64,000 nucleotides of DNA from an uncultured delta proteobacterium (lineage in GTDB: Bacteria; Desulfobacterota; Desulfobacteria; Desulfobacterales; UBA2156), in contig CAVTQK010000021.1 of the NCBI GenBank assembly GCA_963736855.1, forward strand, positions 687,464 through 751,463, written 5' to 3'. The position numbers and the translations under genes are program-made. Numbering within the stretch: position 1 is the stretch's first letter; every line of letters starts with the position of its first letter. This document shows positions 62,911 through 64,000 of the stretch, piece after piece. Below the pieces are notes generated by a model that saw only the letters and a list, made by a program, of their open reading frames with translations, was not told the DNA's origin and ran no database searches.

Positions 62911-64000
62911 ATGAATAACGATCATATTCAAATCAGTAAAGGTGACTCGTGGATAGGCAGTGATATCACCGCTACAGTTACCAGGAATCACGATCAAATT
63001 CAGGTCGGTCAAGCGCAAGCTTATCGAAATGTCTCTGGCACACGTGTTTTGAAATATACAGTCGAGATGTTTCATAAGGGATTAAATGAACACAAATTAC
63101 TGTCTGCCCCTGAGCTTGATATGTTACAGAACAAAGCCAACCTACAGGCTCAGAAATGGACTGAAAAATGGAACCTGATAGAATCTAGGCGCAGAATTTC
63201 TGAACAAAAAGAAGCCAACATTGACGAGGCAACTTCCAAAACAGAAGAAGCGATTGAGGCTTTAAAACAAATCGATAATCTACTTGTTCATACTCTATCG
63301 GTTAATGATGCAGTAGATTGGGAAAAATTGAAGAAAAAGGATAAATATTCAGAGAAAAACACCTGAAAAGCCTATTAAGAAAAAATACAGGGAATATCCA
63401 CCAGCACCAACAAAGGAATACGCCAATTTTTACTTTCTTGGAAAAGTTAATTCTAAAATCAAGAAAGGAAAGAAAAATCAAAGAAGCCGAAACAAAATAT
63501 GTAGCGGCCATTTCAAAATGGGAAAAGGCGAAAAAAGTCATTGATGGCCTCAATAAGAAACTGGACAAAGATTTCGATGATATCGAAATGAAGAAATGGG
63601 AGAATGCTGTTTCAGAATGGGAAAAAAGAAAAGCTGACTTCTTGCAGCAACAAGATGACTTCAACGCGAAAATAGACAAAATGAGGGAGGCGTATTTAAG
63701 CCAAAATCCAGAGTCGATTATTGAATATTGTGAAATGGTCTTGAATAATTCGGAATATCCTGAGACTTTCCCTCAAAACTTTGAATTGGAATACAACCCT
63801 GATAATAGAATCTTGATTGTTGAGTATGAATTACCTTCAATAGAATGTCTGCCAAAAGTAAAAGAAGTAAAATATATCGTGCTCGGAAGGAATTAAAGGA
63901 GACTTACATTTCGGAGCCTCAAATAAATAAAATGTTCGATGAGTCAATGTATAAAATTACGTCTTCGGTCAATTCACGAATTATTTGAAGCAGATGCAGC
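62911..64000 (+). pseudogene. cassette 4: coiled-coil-rich gene with at least four frame changes, runs off the window end
   Basis: The reading frame hops four times. (1) 62911-63366 (...KKKDKYSEKNT*) to PEKPIKKKYREYPPAPTKEYANFYFLGK. (2) On to ...KIKEAETKYVAAISKWEK...VEYELPSIECLPKVKEVKYI (63438-63896). (3) On to RARKELKETYISEPQINKMFDESMYKI. (4) On to RLRSIHELFEADA. Confidence 0.55.

Overview
This 64-kb window looks like part of an anaerobic, Desulfobacterota-like chromosome; that is inferred from gene content only. It holds about 45 supportable genes, two accessory islands and a chromosomal integron.

- **1-9 kb, minus strand: glycogen cluster.** It contains the N-terminus of a eukaryote-type branching enzyme, a GT5 glycogen synthase with one broken frame, a GT35 phosphorylase, and a 1479-aa debrancher that fuses GH13 and amylo-1,6-glucosidase domains.
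- **9.1-19.9 kb: visibly AT-rich accessory island.** It carries a Tat-signal gene stump, a tandem-LOG protein, a MITE-like inverted-repeat element and a CGGC-domain protein. It also has two decayed IS91-family transposase relics that share an ~85-bp terminal repeat.
- **13.6-19.8 kb within that island: the best candidate for something undescribed.** This is a co-directional four-gene module of ERCC4 nuclease, RecQ, SNF2 and a Zn-ribbon protein that I cannot assign to any named system.
- **19.9-37.2 kb: large catabolic cluster of unknown substrate.** It includes MocA, an XDH-family Mo-hydroxylase trio, a PaaK-like ligase, hydantoinase A/B, a split B12 acyl-CoA mutase and GntR. It continues with ACAD, Fd-EtfAB, a family III CoA-transferase and a truncated acyl-CoA ligase relic.
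- **37.4-45.8 kb:** a kinase-like protein, Usp, a FadB-like fusion, TrpB2 and IorAB.
- **46.1-53.4 kb:** a CusCBA-type metal efflux block.
- **53.5-57.3 kb:** a CMP-kinase-like/BON protein, TerC and a B12-radical SAM protein.
- **57.3-64 kb: integron.** intI is intact and attC-separated cassettes lie on the + strand. Every cassette looks damaged: one likely frameshift, one in-frame TAG, one ISAzo13-family insertion with a TTA duplication, and one gene with multiple frameshifts.

I saw no rRNA, tRNA or CRISPR.
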